Origin: Mobula hypostoma
Taxonomy: Eukaryota
Assembly (NCBI RefSeq): GCF_963921235.1
Contig: NC_086118.1
Coordinates: 19,532,001-19,596,000, forward strand
DNA length: 64,000 nucleotides
Direction: 5' to 3'
Position 1 is the stretch's first letter. Every line of letters starts with the position of its first letter. Below the pieces are notes generated by a model, which was not told where the DNA came from, did no database searches, and saw nothing but the letters and a program-made list of their open reading frames with translations. Shown here in pieces: positions 25,881 to 39,402 of the stretch. Both the position numbers and the translations under genes were made by a program.

Positions 25881-28800
25881 TATATATTCATATTGTAATT
25901 CACCACTTTTCTGTCTATTATTATGTATTGCATTCTACTACTGCCACAAAGTTAACAAATTTCAGGACATACTAAACTGGATTCTGATTCTGAAATTGTG
26001 TGTGTTGCACACACCATAGCTGGTCCAATTCAAATAAGCAGAGTTAATCACAGTAACTGCTAAAAACCAATAGCAGGATTAATGAATCTGTGGTTCTGTT
26101 TACTGAACCAGTAGCTGGAAGACAATTTCACAAGCTACTCAAAAATATATAAGGGACCATTTTTTTCAGTGTACTAACTGAAAACAGCCATTGCAACTTC
26201 ATATCATTAGAATACTCTTTTCCTTTTCATATTTTTGTATTATTTCCCTTTTCTTTCAATGAATGAATGATATTTCTGTCCATATCTGTAGTTCACATTG
26301 TTATTAAAAAACATAATTGAACAACATGAGAAGTAATCTTTCCCCTCCTCTACTGTTTTTCAATTTTTACTCTTGGTAAATATTGTCACTATATTCAGTG
26401 CTAGCTTCAATAGGTTTTTTGCAATATTGCAATCAATATTGGCCTACATAGTTCCTCACGCACCCTTAAAAAAGTATGATAGTCCTCTGTCAGAACTGTG
26501 TGAATTTGAAAACCCCTTTCACCTGTCCAGAATATGAATGACTTGTTATTGACTAGTTATCTGTACACTGCCTGACCCAAGTTGTATTACTCGCTTCATT
26601 TTGTGTTAAATTCTTCACAATTTTTTCTTACACATCAGTGGAGCTCCATTCTCCAGGGGACTCATTTTTAATATTCAGAGAACGTGAGCTGGAGAATTGC
26701 GATTCTATCATCATTGAACCCAGTACCAGTGGAATCCCTATCTGTCTTTAAAACTGAATTTACAAAAACACGAGGAAACAAGGAGCAGGAGTGAACCAAC
26801 AATCCTCTCAAGCCTGCCCGTTCATTCAATACAATTACATCTGATCAATTCTGGCATCCATTTCTTTTCTATGCCAGTTCGCCACAACCTCAATTCCTTA
26901 ACCTTTCAAATATATTTTCTATCTCTATCTTCTGTGTTCACTCTCGTCTTCAGAATTTACCCTCTGTGCAGTGTGAGCAGGGCTGTGCTCCTGATGAGGA
27001 AATGTGTTAATTAGTCGGTGACAGTAACAAGTCCCTGCCGCTACAGAACAGAGATGAGTTCATGAGTGGAGTGAACAAAAACCTAGCAGCTAACACACAG
27101 GGTCTCTCCATTCACAGATAACAGCTGACATGTGATATCACCATGGTTCTGGACAATTGTCAGCCAGTAGAAAAAAGGACTAGGGTTGATCTGCCATGAT
27201 CACATTGAATGGTAGTGCAAGTCTGAAAGGTCTAGTGGCTTACTCCTGCTCTTTTTCTTTGTTTTCTTGTGAGTGGAATTCCTGAGGACAATGATCTACT
27301 CCCTGCTAATGCTGCCCTGCTCAGTGAAGACATCAAACTTTCTTCTCCCGGTTGTTCCTTTAGAGATTCAGGCTAGGTGGCCCTTTGGGTCTATGCTGAC
27401 CTTCAGAGTAACCCCTGCTTACTTTCCTGTTCCCTCTCCTTTTACACCACATTGACTCTCTTACCTTCAGCCACCAACACAGCAGGCAATTTAGAGAAGT
27501 TAATTAATCCAGTACAGTGGGACTGAGAGGAAACTGGAAGCCTCAGAAGAAAGACAGACAGTGATTAGGAGAAAGTCACACATCACACGCGGACAGCACC
27601 AGAGATCAGAATTGAACCGGCAACATTGGAGCTATGAAACAGCACGCTGCTCGTACAGAAGGATTGTGCCATTTGTAGTCTCCTGGTTCTGTACAATCTT
27701 CTGTGAAAGCATCCACCTTTGTCTTCCCTGTGACATTCTCATTCACTCACACATGCGGCATCATCTTGATGTGAAAGCATCCCAATTGCTTCCCTCACCT
27801 TGATCCTCTGGGCCATGATTTATGTGTGAATCCAGCCATCCAATCAGCCCCTGCCCCATTTTCCTGAGACTTTATCCCAGACTGCAACCTATCAATACGT
27901 AGTATTTCTCCCAAGATACATGTCCCTCTAACCTAATTTACAGATCCCCCACTACGCTGATGATACCCTGTGATATACGAACAATGATCTCTGTGTTTAT
28001 TATTACCATTCCTCTCCCTGTTTTTCCTGGGCCCTGATGCTGAACTGAGGAGAAAATAGGGGATTCTCCATATACATTGCAAAGATAAAACTGAAGAGAA
28101 TGCTGCAGAACGCACAGATGTAAAACTGTCAAGAGTAAATAAATTTGTAAGAAATATACTAATCACATTGAAACAATGTTAATGAGAGAGACAGTGAACT
28201 GACAGGGGCGTGCAACACTTCTAAATGGAAAACACACAAATACCAATTTTTACTTGGTTTTACAAGATTTTGAGAGGAACTTGAATTGGCATTTAATACT
28301 GTAGTTATTTAGCACATCAAAGCCAATTTCTCAGTACTAAATGTCAACACCATTGCCAAGTTTACCAAAGTGGAAGCTCTCTTCCCAAACAACCTCAGTG
28401 ATAGTGTAACTGCTTTTCAAATATACAATTTACCTGGAGACAAATGACCTCATTAACTGGGTGAACAATCATACTCGCAAGTTACAGGAAAATCAACAAG
28501 CCATGGGACATCTTTTCTCAATGTCTATGTTAAGTGAATTGCGAAGAGGTGTTGAATTTCTGAATGAAGAAAGCAGCCAGTTTAACCATGAATGATATAT
28601 TGTTATGAGCTTAACATTTAGTATTGATGTGCTGAACCACAAAAATAGCTGGAAGTAAACAGAATTAATAAATATTATTAGGATTGGGAATTGCAGTTAC
28701 TAAAACACCACAAAATAAGATATTATTTTTGAAGTTTGCATAGATAAATAGAAATTGCTTGGTATTGGAATTCCAGCAATAAAATTTATTGAAAAGTTAG

Positions 28801-31199
28801 TGACACAGAGTTCTGACTAGTGTGTATTTATAGGGATGTTAGGGGATTTTTCTTATGTTCATTATTTTACTGGTGAGTTACATGCACAGGTTGATGAATA
28901 CCAGAACTATTTAGCATAGAGCAGATCCCTACTATATGTATTACGAGTAGATGGATGATCTGCTGATGAGGAAGTCAAGAATTCAGTGTTTCGGGAGGTG
29001 CAGTCAACCCCTTTCAACGTAATTTATTGGCTCTTTGTATGTGGAAGACCTATAGATGGTTGAATGCCAATTTTATCATGATTTATTCATAAATCAACAT
29101 TAATTTTGATTTGGTCTTCAGGCATTAATTAATTTATTGCTTATTTCTGAGGATTACAAGAAAACAGTTATTTTTCTCTATGTATTTTAAAGAATTGTTT
29201 CTTGTCATACAGACCATCAATTTTGAATTACATATCCCCGCATCCACAGCTTCGCTGGCATTCACGGTAGAACAAGGAAATACATTAAAATTAATGAAAA
29301 ACTACAGGACACACCATTCAGTTTATTACTAAAAGGTACTCTGCTTTCCATCCACCTCCACACTGCCTCACCTTCACTGTTCTGACGGAAAATCTACTTC
29401 ATACATTATTTATTGTCAATGAATAAAATTGTTCCATTGACTTTCTCCTAAAATTAATTTTTACATGAGACTCGTTGCACTTCTGAAGTTGAATTTAAGG
29501 TCATTACCATATCAGCATCTTTTATACTTTCAATTTATTTTATTTTTATAAGATCAACTCTTATTCCTGGACTTGAAAGATCATTTTACCTCAGTTCTTC
29601 CTCAAAAGCTGGACCTCTGAAATAAGAAATCAAAACCTTAATTGTTCTCTGTCCTGAGTGCTCACTACTTCTTTAAGCACAATGACTAGATAAGATTGTA
29701 ATTTCATTGGAGCACTCTATCATTTGATCACTATCTCATTTGATTTACATTCTATTTTTTGGGCAATTTAATTCAAGATTATATTAGTTCTGTTAATTGC
29801 TTGTTCTAAGTTGTTTGGGTATGTTGAACAATAACAGCTTGTGATCATTATTACACAATTAGCAGTGCAAAATGTCCCAAGGCATTCATAGCCGCTTCAT
29901 CAAGCAAAATTCAAAACCAAACCTTTGAAGGAGACATTTCTGTCAAACAAGTATCTATTCAGACTATCTCAAAAGAGAAGGTAGAGAGATGATGAGCTTT
30001 AAGGAGGGAGTTCCTGACAGCAGAAGGCAAAAATGTAAGTGTTGGAGCTATTAAAATCATGATGAAGAAGTCCAAATTGAAAGAGCAAAATACTCTCTAG
30101 ACTTACAGACTAGGAAGGGTTGCAACAACAGTGAATTTGAAAACAGGTATGAGAATTTTAAAATCAAGACCCTTGTCCACAAGAATAATGGGTGAAGAGA
30201 GCAGGTTTAGTTTTTCTGAGTGGATTGAACTTGTGTCAATGGTATCACAGTAGGCAAGTTTGTCAGTAACAGGGTTGTGGGAGAGAGCTTCAGCAGGAAT
30301 GACCAGAGGCTGGCTGAATTGGGTGATGTTGCAGAGGCAGGGGATTGGTGACCGCATAGAATGAAAGCATTTTGAACTGTTTCAGTCATTCCAGAATTTC
30401 TTCAAAATTGATATTACTTTAATTAGAATTGTAAATGTTTAGGGGAAGTAGATTTTGTAGCAAAGTATTTATGTTTTGAACTGATCTGCTGCTTTAAGCC
30501 AGCTATTTTTTTTTCTCTATTTTGACTCTGCTCTACAAAATGTTTCTGGCATTGGACTTGATGTTTAGCCTTTGTATTGGAGATCTTGAATAGAGTAGCA
30601 GAGCACTCTATGATTGCTTCCTTTAAGATATGAAATGCCTTCACTTCCCAAGCAAACTGACAAGCATGATGTTACAGCCATCTTTCCCTTGTGCACTCCA
30701 TTCTTCCTAATTGTTCTCTACTCTTTAATACCATGTTTCTTTTCCGTGCCCTAGCAATATTCATGTTTCTGAACTCCACACTGCATGACAATTCGTTGCG
30801 ATCATATATCGTTTCTAGTTCTGCCATTTCCTTGCTAAATGTACTTGCATTCAATATTTTGTTTTGTGTTGAAATTCTCTTCAAAGTTAGTGACATCTGA
30901 AGTTCATTGTTAGAAAGGAAGAAATATAAATATGGAGGTTTAGTTAGGACAACAGAGGTGTAAAATACTGTTGAATATTCTTACCAGTAATCACACGCAC
31001 TGTCACGGATATGCAAGGCATTTGTAAAAACAGAGAGAAAATATCAAGTTAAACCAATGGGCAGGTAAATCGTTAATGTGACAGTTATCTCAGTTTGAAG
31101 GTTATAGAGAAGGAACCTTATTTACCATCATCAAATGCCATTCAAATCTTCTTTTGGATTTACATTTTCAATCATTCCACAACATTTATGAAAGCAGAA

Positions 31200-31970
31200 A
31201 TAAAAACAGAAATACTGGAAGAATTTAAGAGAAATTTGGTTAGCTACATGGATGGGAGAGGCTGGATGGCTATGGTCTGGGTGAAGATCGATGTGACTAA
31301 GCAGAATAATAGTTCAGCATGAACTAGATGGGCCAAAAAGCAGTTTCTTCTGCTGTAGTGTGCTATGACTCTATAACTAATTCAGCTAGTCAAGCGGTGT
31401 CCGTGTCTGACATTTCATCTTCAACACCCTTCAGCAGAAATGATGAGGAAATTGTAGAGGCAGGTACTTAAGTAATACCTCAGAAGTATTTTGATGAGCA
31501 CTTGAAGTACCATGGCATCCAAGAATATGGACCGAGAGTTGAGAAATTTGGAGTTTGATGGCTGTTAAAGTTATTGTCATAGAGTTCTACAGCGTGAAGA
31601 CAGTCCACATGCTGCCCACGATGGCTATCTGAGCTAGTCCGTTTTGCCTTGTTTGGCTGGAATCCTGCTAAACCTTTGCTATGTATGTACCTGTCTAATT
31701 GTCTTTTAGAAATTTCAATTGTACCCACCTTTACCACTTCCTCTGGCGGTTTATTTCATATACCCAGCCCCACCGTCTTCTAAAGCAAACCTCTGCCCTA
31801 TTTAATATTTTTCCTCTCAATTTAAGCTTATGCCTTCAGGAATTAGATGCCCCAACCTGGGAAAAAGTTTGTACCCCTCAGCTTCCAACACTCCAGAGAA
31901 AACAGCCCCATTCTATCCAGTCTCTCCTTATAACTTAATCAATCCAATTGCACCAACATCCTTGGGAAAA
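31200..31970. mobile_element. Short CR1 3'-end fragments (plus about 31200-31375; minus about 31575-31970)
   Basis: EEFKRNLVSYMDGRG and VKVGTIEISKRQLDRYI resemble CR1 ORF2 termini. Confidence 0.7.
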
Positions 31971-32102
31971 ACTCAGAACTTTCCTCTAAACCCAAAAATA
32001 TTCTGAAGTTCTCTACTCTTTAAGCACAAAATGAATAAATGCAGTTTCAATAGTTACAATTACAGTTTACTTCACAATTTTTCGTGTAGACATATTGACA
32101 CA

Positions 32103-32652
32103 CACTCAGTTGCCACATTATCAGTTACACATGTCCACCTGATTGTTTACGCAAATATCTAATCAACCAGTCAAGTGGCAGAAACTCAATACATAAAAGT
32201 TTGCAGGCATGGTCAAAAGGTTCAGTTGTTGATCAGACCAAACCGCAGAATGGAGAAGAAATATCATCTAAGTGACTTTGACCTTGGAATGATTGTCGGT
32301 GCCAGACAAGGTACTTTGAGTACCTCAGCTACTGCCGACCACCTGGAATTTTCAGACACAACGGTCTCCAGAGTTTACAGGGAATGGTACAAAAAACAAA
32401 AGCCATCCAGTGAGTGGCAGCCATGTCGGTGAAAGTGCTTTGTTAATGAAAGAGAAATCAGAGGAGAATGGTCCTTGGTGACAATAACTCAAAGAGCCAC
32501 ATGTTACAATAGTGGTGTGCAGAAGAGCATCTCTGAATGCATATCATGCTGAACCTTGAAATGGATGGGCTACAGCAGCAAAAGAACATGAACATACACT
32601 CAGTAGCAACTTCATTAGGTATAGGAGGAACATAATAAAGCCATTGCATGTA
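32103..32652 (+). mobile_element. Short non-autonomous Tc1-like element
   Basis: LSDFDLGMIVGARQGTLSTSATADHLEFSDTTVSRVYREW matches the Tc1 N-terminal HTH. A decayed CACTCAGT(T/G)GCCAC..TATTAGGTA terminal motif recurs at about 32597. Confidence 0.75.
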
Positions 32653-34353
32653 TTTGCAATGAGAGCAGATCTCAACTGAAAATAACTCATTTATATTAAG
32701 AACTGAAGCCAGGTTCTTGTTTGATTTAATATCTGCTATATTCACAAAACTCCAGAATACTCCCTAACAATCCCAGCAGAGGTATTTGAATATGTAGAGG
32801 AGTCATTGTCATTCAAACATGAACCAGGCGTCAGTTCTTATTGTAAATGTAAATGTTCAGGAGGCTTGCAATTATCCTTCAGTTCTTACTGTAAATTGCA
32901 AGAAGTAAATTGAAGTTAAATTGGTTCACAGCCTAAGAGCTTGCATGTGCAACAGCAAAATATTGAAACAATGGGGTTACGTAAATTGGCTTGTATCGGA
33001 ATCAGAATCAGGGTCATGATCAGGTTTTAAATCACTAGGATATGACATGAAATTTGTTAACTTAGTGGTAGCAGTACAATGCAATACATGATAAATATAG
33101 AAATCAATGAATCAATTACAGTTAGTATACATATCTATATATGTGTATATTAAATTGTTAAGTTAAAAATAACACAAAAAGAGAAATAATAAAAAAGTGA
33201 GGTAGTGTTCATGTGTTCAATGTCCATTTAGGAATCAAATTCAGAGGGGCAGAAGATGTTCCTGACTCGCTGAGTGTGTGTCTTCAGGCTCCTGTACCTC
33301 CTTCTTGATGTTAACAATGAGAAGAGTGAGAAGAGGGTGTGTCTTGGGTGATGGAGAGTCTTAATAATTTTCTGCACTACCAGACCTTGAAGGTGTCTTG
33401 GAAACTACGGAGGCTACTACCCATAATGGAGCTGACTAATTTTACAACTTTCTGTAGCTTCTTTCGATCCTGTGCAGTAGCCCCCCTCCCCCCGCCATAC
33501 CAGACAGTGATGCGGCTTGCCAGAATGCTCTCCAAATCACATCCATCAAAGTTTCCAAGTGCTTTCGGTGACAAACAGAAACTCCTCAAACTCTTAATGA
33601 ATGCCGCTGCTGTCTTGCCTTTTTTATAGCTGCATCAATAAGTTGGGGCCAGGTTAGATTCTCAGAGAGATTGACAGCCAGGAACTTGAAACTGCTCACT
33701 CTCTCCACTTCTGATCCCTCTAAGAGGATTGGTTTGTGTTCCCCCATCTTACCCTTCCTGAAATCCTTTGGTCTTACTGACATTGAGTGCAAGGTTGTTG
33801 CTGTGGTGTCACTCAACTAGCTGGTATATCTTGCTCCTGTACACCCTCTCATCTCCATCTGAGATTCTGCCAATAATGGTTATATCATCTGTAAACTTAT
33901 AGATGGCATTTGAGCTGTGCCTAGCCACACGGTCATAAGTGTAGAAAGAGTAGAGCAGTGAGCTAAGCACATATCCCTGAGGTACACCAGTGTTGATTAT
34001 CAGCAAGGAGGAGATGTTATTACCAATCTGTACAGATTGTGGTCTTCCAGTTAGCCGTTGAGAATCCAATTGCAGTGGGAAGTACAGAGGCCCAGGCTCT
34101 GTAGCTTTTCGATCAGAACTGTAGGAATGCCTGGTGTTAAAAGCTGAGCTATAGTCAATGAGCAGCATCCTGACATAGGTGTTTATATCGTCCAGGTGGT
34201 CTAAAGCTGTGTGAAGAGCCATTGAGATTGTGTCTGCCGTTGACCTATTGTGCCGATAGGCAAATTGCAGAGGGTCCAGGTTCTTGCTGAGGCAGGAGTA
34301 CATTCTAGCCATGACCAACTTCTCAAAGCATTTCATCACCATGGATGTGAGTG

Positions 34354-37300
34354 TGTCACCACGGTTCAGATATGGCCTAAGGCTACGTCCACACTAGACT
34401 GGATAATTTTGAAAATGCCGGTTTCGTGTAAAAACGATGGGCGTCTACACCAGGCATTTTTTAAAATACCTCTGTCCACATTGAAACGGATATTTGGGCA
34501 AATCTTCTCCTACTGGGCATGCGCAGGACACACAGAAAACAAGCGAAGAGGAAACGGTATACTTAGTGCACGTTTGTCCATTTACAGACTAGAAAAACTT
34601 AAAAGGAAATTGCCAAACGAAAGACTTGGTGCGCGTTTGTCCAGAAATATTTCCTGCAGCCATAGTCTCTTCACCGATGGAAGGGATGACAGCTACAACT
34701 AAATGCAATAAGGCTTGTTACTGGGCAAAAGTGAAATTTGCTGTTACCTCATTTGTTTGCCTTTACTTTTGCCGTGTCTTTGTGTATTATTTTGCTGTAT
34801 CTAACATGTGCAATAAAACAAGTTACTGGGCAAAAGTGACAATTGCATCTATTGAATGTTTGCACAAGTAATACATTAATAAATCACCTTGTTCAATGTG
34901 TAAAACATGTCTGCATCAGTGTTATCTTGTATTTCCATACAATTTTACATTAGGCTGTTACACATCTATTGTCAGATATTGTTGTTGTGGTGTTGGAGGT
35001 TGCGTTCAAGAAAAGAACGAAATGCCACGCTGCCGCCACCATTTGTTCCGGCACGTCATGACAGCGTTTTTTAGAATAGCCGGTTACCCCGTACACACTA
35101 CAACGGCCAACCGGCGTTTTCAGATTTAAACACTCTGGAGGGTGTTTTAGAAAAGCTCCATTTTCAGGGGAGGAAAACGCCGTTTCAGTGTGGACGGAGG
35201 GTCAAAACGAAGAGAAAAGACTTCGGTTACGGATTTATCCGGTCTAGTGTGGACGTAGCCTAAGTGAGAGACACTGAAGGAGGTCGATAGTTCACAGAAT
35301 TTAATACCAACAGTATTAAAGGGAAAATAAAACAATAAACTCTGGGCCAAACAGGACCGTTGACAAAACTCTAAAGGAAAATGAAGCCCTACACTGTGGC
35401 TGAAAAGAATATCAAAACATTAAAAGAATACCGCTAGTCTTCAGAGCCAGTTGATTTGAAAGTCCAATAACTCAGGGAAGGCCGAATACAAAACAGCAGC
35501 GAAGCGTTGTTATGATCCGTCCAAGTCTTGACAAGCACTATGATGACAGGAATGGAGTTAAATGCTATCACGATTAAATAACAATGTCCTGACACGTGAA
35601 AATTCACAAGCGCAATTGCCGTATCTACTGCGCTGCCGAATCCGTGGTTGTGACAGGGCCCCCCTCTCTAGGCGCAGCCCCTGAGGTGCCACAGACCTGT
35701 GCCCACTGGAAGTCCTGGATCAGTGACTTGTCCAAGATGTCCTTCGCTGGGATCCGGGTACGTTCTTCTAGGCCATACCCTTCCAGTCCACAAAGTACTG
35801 GACCTTACCACGTACCCGGTGAGATGCCAGGAGGCACCGCACAGTATAGACAAGGAAACCATCCACCAGGCAGGGAAGGGGGGAGATGGGGTGACTGGGA
35901 CCAGGGGAGAGGTAGTAACTGGCTTGAGCTGGGAAACATGGAATACTGGGTGGACCTTCAATGATGCTGGCAGACGCAATCTATAGGACACCTTGTTAAC
36001 AGCCTTTTCCACTACAAACGGTCCCATGTAGCGCGGTGCCGATTTCTGATTCTCGACTTTCAGGGGAAGATCCCTTGATGCCAACCAGACCACCTCTCCT
36101 GGCTTGAATGGCCTTACCTGTTGACGGAGTTGATCTGCCTGCCGGGAATGCTGTTTCTGGGCGCGCAGCAGAGAAGACCTGGCTCGTTTCCAGATGTGCT
36201 TGTAGCGCTGAATCAGCTGTTCAGCAGCAGGAACTCCTACGTCGATCTCCTGATCAGGGAAGAGTGGAATCCCTTCTGGCATTCAAAGGGAGACATAACA
36301 GTGGAGGACGACTGGAGGTTATTGTGGGTGATCTCTGCCCAAACCAGTTGGCAGCTCCAGGACGTGGGGTTGGAAGAGACAAGACAATGCAGGGTTGCCT
36401 CCAAATCCTGGTTCATTCTCTCAATCTGGCCATTAGATTTGGGGTGGAAGCCAGACAAGAGGCTGGCCGTGGCTCCTACAAGAGAGCAGAAAGCCTTCCA
36501 AAAGCGTGAAGTGAACTGTGGACCACAATCGGACACTATGTCTTGAGGAAAGCCATGGATCCTGAACACATGTTGAACCATGACTGTGGCAGTCTCATGA
36601 GCCGATGGGAGCTTAGGGACGGCAATGAAGTGGGCAGCCTTGGAAAACCGATCCACCAAACAACCAAAATGGTGGAGTTTCCATTAGATGGGGGCAGACC
36701 AGTGATGAAATCTACTGAGAGGTAGAACCAGGGGCAGAGGGGCACAGGCGGTGGTCATAACAGACCCGCAGGATGCTGGCGTGATGTCTTGTTCCGCGCG
36801 CAAGTAGGACAGGCAGGTACAAATTCATGGACATCCTGGGACATAGATGGCCACCAAAATGGTCTCTTTATAAACTCGAGTCCATTGAATTCCCAGATGT
36901 CCAGCCAGATGGGAAGGGTGACCCCACTCCAACACTTTGGAACACAACGCAGCAGGGACAGACAGCCATTTGGGAGATCCCCCATCTGGGCCTGGATCTG
37001 ATTATTGGGCAACCCTCACCTCTGCCTCTATTCCTCAGATCACCAGAGCAGCGATACACGAGTGAGGAAGAACTGGCTCTGGATTGTCATTGTCCTCAGA
37101 TCCATCGAACTGCCAGGAGAGAGTATCGGCCTTTGTATTCTTACTACCGGGACGATAAGTGAGGATGAAATTGAACTGGGTGAAGAGAGCCCACCGGGCT
37201 TGATGAGAGTTGAGTCTCTTAGCATCGTGAACATGGGAGAGGTTCTTGTGATCTGTCCAGACCAAGAATCGATGTTCTGCCCCCTCCAGCTAGTGTCCCC

Positions 37301-37942
37301 ATTCCTTCAGGCCTCTTTGACAGCCAGAAGCTCCCCGTTCCCGATGTCGTAATTCCTCTCATCTGGAGTCAAGCGACGTGAAAGAAAGGCACAAGGGTGC
37401 AGCCGGCTATCCGCAGACGAGCACTGAGAGAGGACAGTTCCAATGCCTAGATCGGATGCATCCATCTCAACAATGAATGGCTGAGATGGGTCTGGGTCCA
37501 ACTTTCTGTTGTCGAGACTTACTGTCACCACGGTTCAGACTTGGCCCAAGTGCAGAGTGAGAGACACTGAAGCAGGTCGATAGTTCACAGACTTTAATAC
37601 GAAAAAGGGAAAATAAAACAATAAATGCTAGGCCAAACAGAGCCATTAACTAAAACTCTCAAAGGAAAATGAAGCCTACACTGTGGCTGAAAAGAACATC
37701 AAAACATTCAACGAATACCGCTAGTCTTCAGAGCCAGTTGATTTGAAAGTCCAATAACTCAGGGAAGGCCGAATACAAAACAGCAGCAAAGCGTTGCTAT
37801 GCTCTGTCCAAATCTCGACAAGCACTATGACGGCAGGAATGGAGTTAAATACTATCACGATTAAATAACAATTACCTGATATGTGCAAATTCACAAGCGC
37901 AATTGCCGTATCTACTGCGCTGCCGAATCCGTGGTTGTGACA
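34354..37942 (-). mobile_element. Chromovirus-type (Sushi-like) Gypsy LTR retrotransposon lacking gag/PR/RT
   Basis: 5' LTR 37523-37942 and 3' LTR 34354-35655 (split by a MITE). TSD GAGTG/GAATG. PPT-like GAGAGGGGGG next to the 3' LTR. RNase H ([34 protein letters not shown]), integrase (CPTC, VDFITGLP, VDRFSKAAHF, VSDCGPQF, APRYMGPF, VHPVFHVSQLK) and a chromodomain (YTVRCLL..KVQYFVDWKG). Confidence 0.93.
34381..35260. mobile_element. PIF/Harbinger-type non-autonomous DNA transposon
   Basis: 26-bp TIR GGCTACGTCCACACTAGAC(T/C)GGATAA and 3-bp TSD TAA. Confidence 0.92.
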
Positions 37943-38775
37943 GAATGCTACTGCATGATAGTCATTGAGACAGCTCACACTGCTATTTTTTGGCACTGGT
38001 ATAATTGTTGCCCTTTTGAAGCCGATGGGAACTTGCGATCATAGCAGTGAGAGAATGAAAATGTCTTTGTATACACCTGCCAGTTGGTTGCCACTAGTTT
38101 TCAGAGCTTCACCAGCTATTCCATCGGAGCCTGCCACCCAGACTTTAAAGACAGCCTAGCATCGGCCTCCGAGACAGAGATCACAGGGTCACCAGGTGCA
38201 GCGGGGATCTTCACAGCTGCAGTTATCTTCTTTCAAAGCAGGCATAGAAGATGTTGAGCTCGTCTGATAGTGAAGCATCGCTGTCATTCATGCTATTGGG
38301 TTTTGCTTTGTAGGAAGTAATGGCATGCAAACCCTACCGTGCATCTAATGTCACCTCCAATGTCACTTGGAATTGTTTCTTTGCTCTTGAAATAGCCCTC
38401 GCAAGTTTTATGCTTGTGGATCACATCACACAGATCATCTAGAGCCTGTTTGAAATTGGCCTGAGGTGGAATGTGTACCATTACCAAAATGATTGCTGAA
38501 ATCTCCCATGGCAAATGAAATGGATGATGCTTCATTGCCAGGTATCCCAGGTCTGGTGAGCAGGATTGGGACATTACTGACACATTTGTGCCCCAAGAGG
38601 AGCTGATCATGAGGTATACACCTCCACCTCTACTTTTGAGAGACTCCACAGTCCTATCTTGACAATGTATAGTGAACCCGTCAATCTTAATCACTGTGTC
38701 CATTATGGAAGGAGTTCACCAGGATTGAAACAAAGCAACATAGACTAAGTTATTTGTACCATTGCCTTACTTTTA

Positions 38776-39402
38776 TTAGATTAGATTATGAAGACACACA
38801 GTCCTCTTTCATTGTCATTTAGTAATGCATGCATTAAGAAATGATACAATATTTCCTCCGGTGTGATATCACAAAACACAGGACAGACCAAGACTGAAAA
38901 AACTAACAAAACCACATAATTATAACATATAGCTACAACAGTGCAACAATACCATAACTTGATGAAGAACAGTCCATGGCACAGTAAAAAAAGTTCAAAG
39001 TCTCTCGAAAGTCCCACATCTCACGCAGACGGGAGAAGGAAGAAAACTCTCCCTGTCACGCCCGACCACAGTCCGACTCTGAGTCGTCTGAGAACTTCGA
39101 GCCTCCGATCAGCCCTCCGACACCAAGTATGGAGCACCATCTCTATCCGAATGCTTCAACCTCAGCCTCGGTCGCCAGCAGCAGGCAAAGCCGGGGATTT
39201 TGGGGCCTTCCCTCGGAAGAGTAATCGCCCAGCAACAGCAGCAGTGAACCTGAGTTTCAGAAATTTCTCCGGATGTTCCTCTGTGCTTTCACATCTGTCT
39301 CCATCAAGTCAGAATTGTCCACGGCCCCTATTTAACGGATACGATATCATTTTCACCGGAGGGCCGCGCACGTGCTGCGTGCTGCTATATCCTCCTCCCG
39401 CC
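38776..39402 (-). mobile_element. Non-coding retroposon (SINE-like) with (TCTAA)n tail
   Basis: Homologous to 60003-60040 plus 63454-64000. GC-rich head, tail ...cataatctaatctaa and no recognisable ORF. Confidence 0.7.

Larger units (their letters stand above)
32995..38740 (-). mobile_element. Rex1/Babar LINE interrupted by an LTR element
   Basis: VMKCFEKLV..LDPLQFAYRHNRST..GVPQGYVLS..KFTDDITIIG. The element resumes at 37943 (MPKNSSVSCLNDYHAVA). Endonuclease KSRGGGVYLMISSSWG at 38293-38703. Confidence 0.9.

Noticed and set aside
28434..28559. Minus-strand exon-like segment with good acceptor (ctttcttcattcag) and donor (CAG/gtaaat)
   Set aside because: It has stops in all three minus frames. 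The opposite-strand open frame resembles nothing I recognise. At most a non-coding exon, and unsupported.
30672..30896. 74-aa minus ORF preceded by an acceptor-like tract
   Set aside because: No recognisable homology or partner exons; the length is within chance expectation.
34250..35129. ORFs inside the Harbinger element as transposase or Myb protein
   Set aside because: No DDE or Myb/SANT motifs; the element is only 880 bp.
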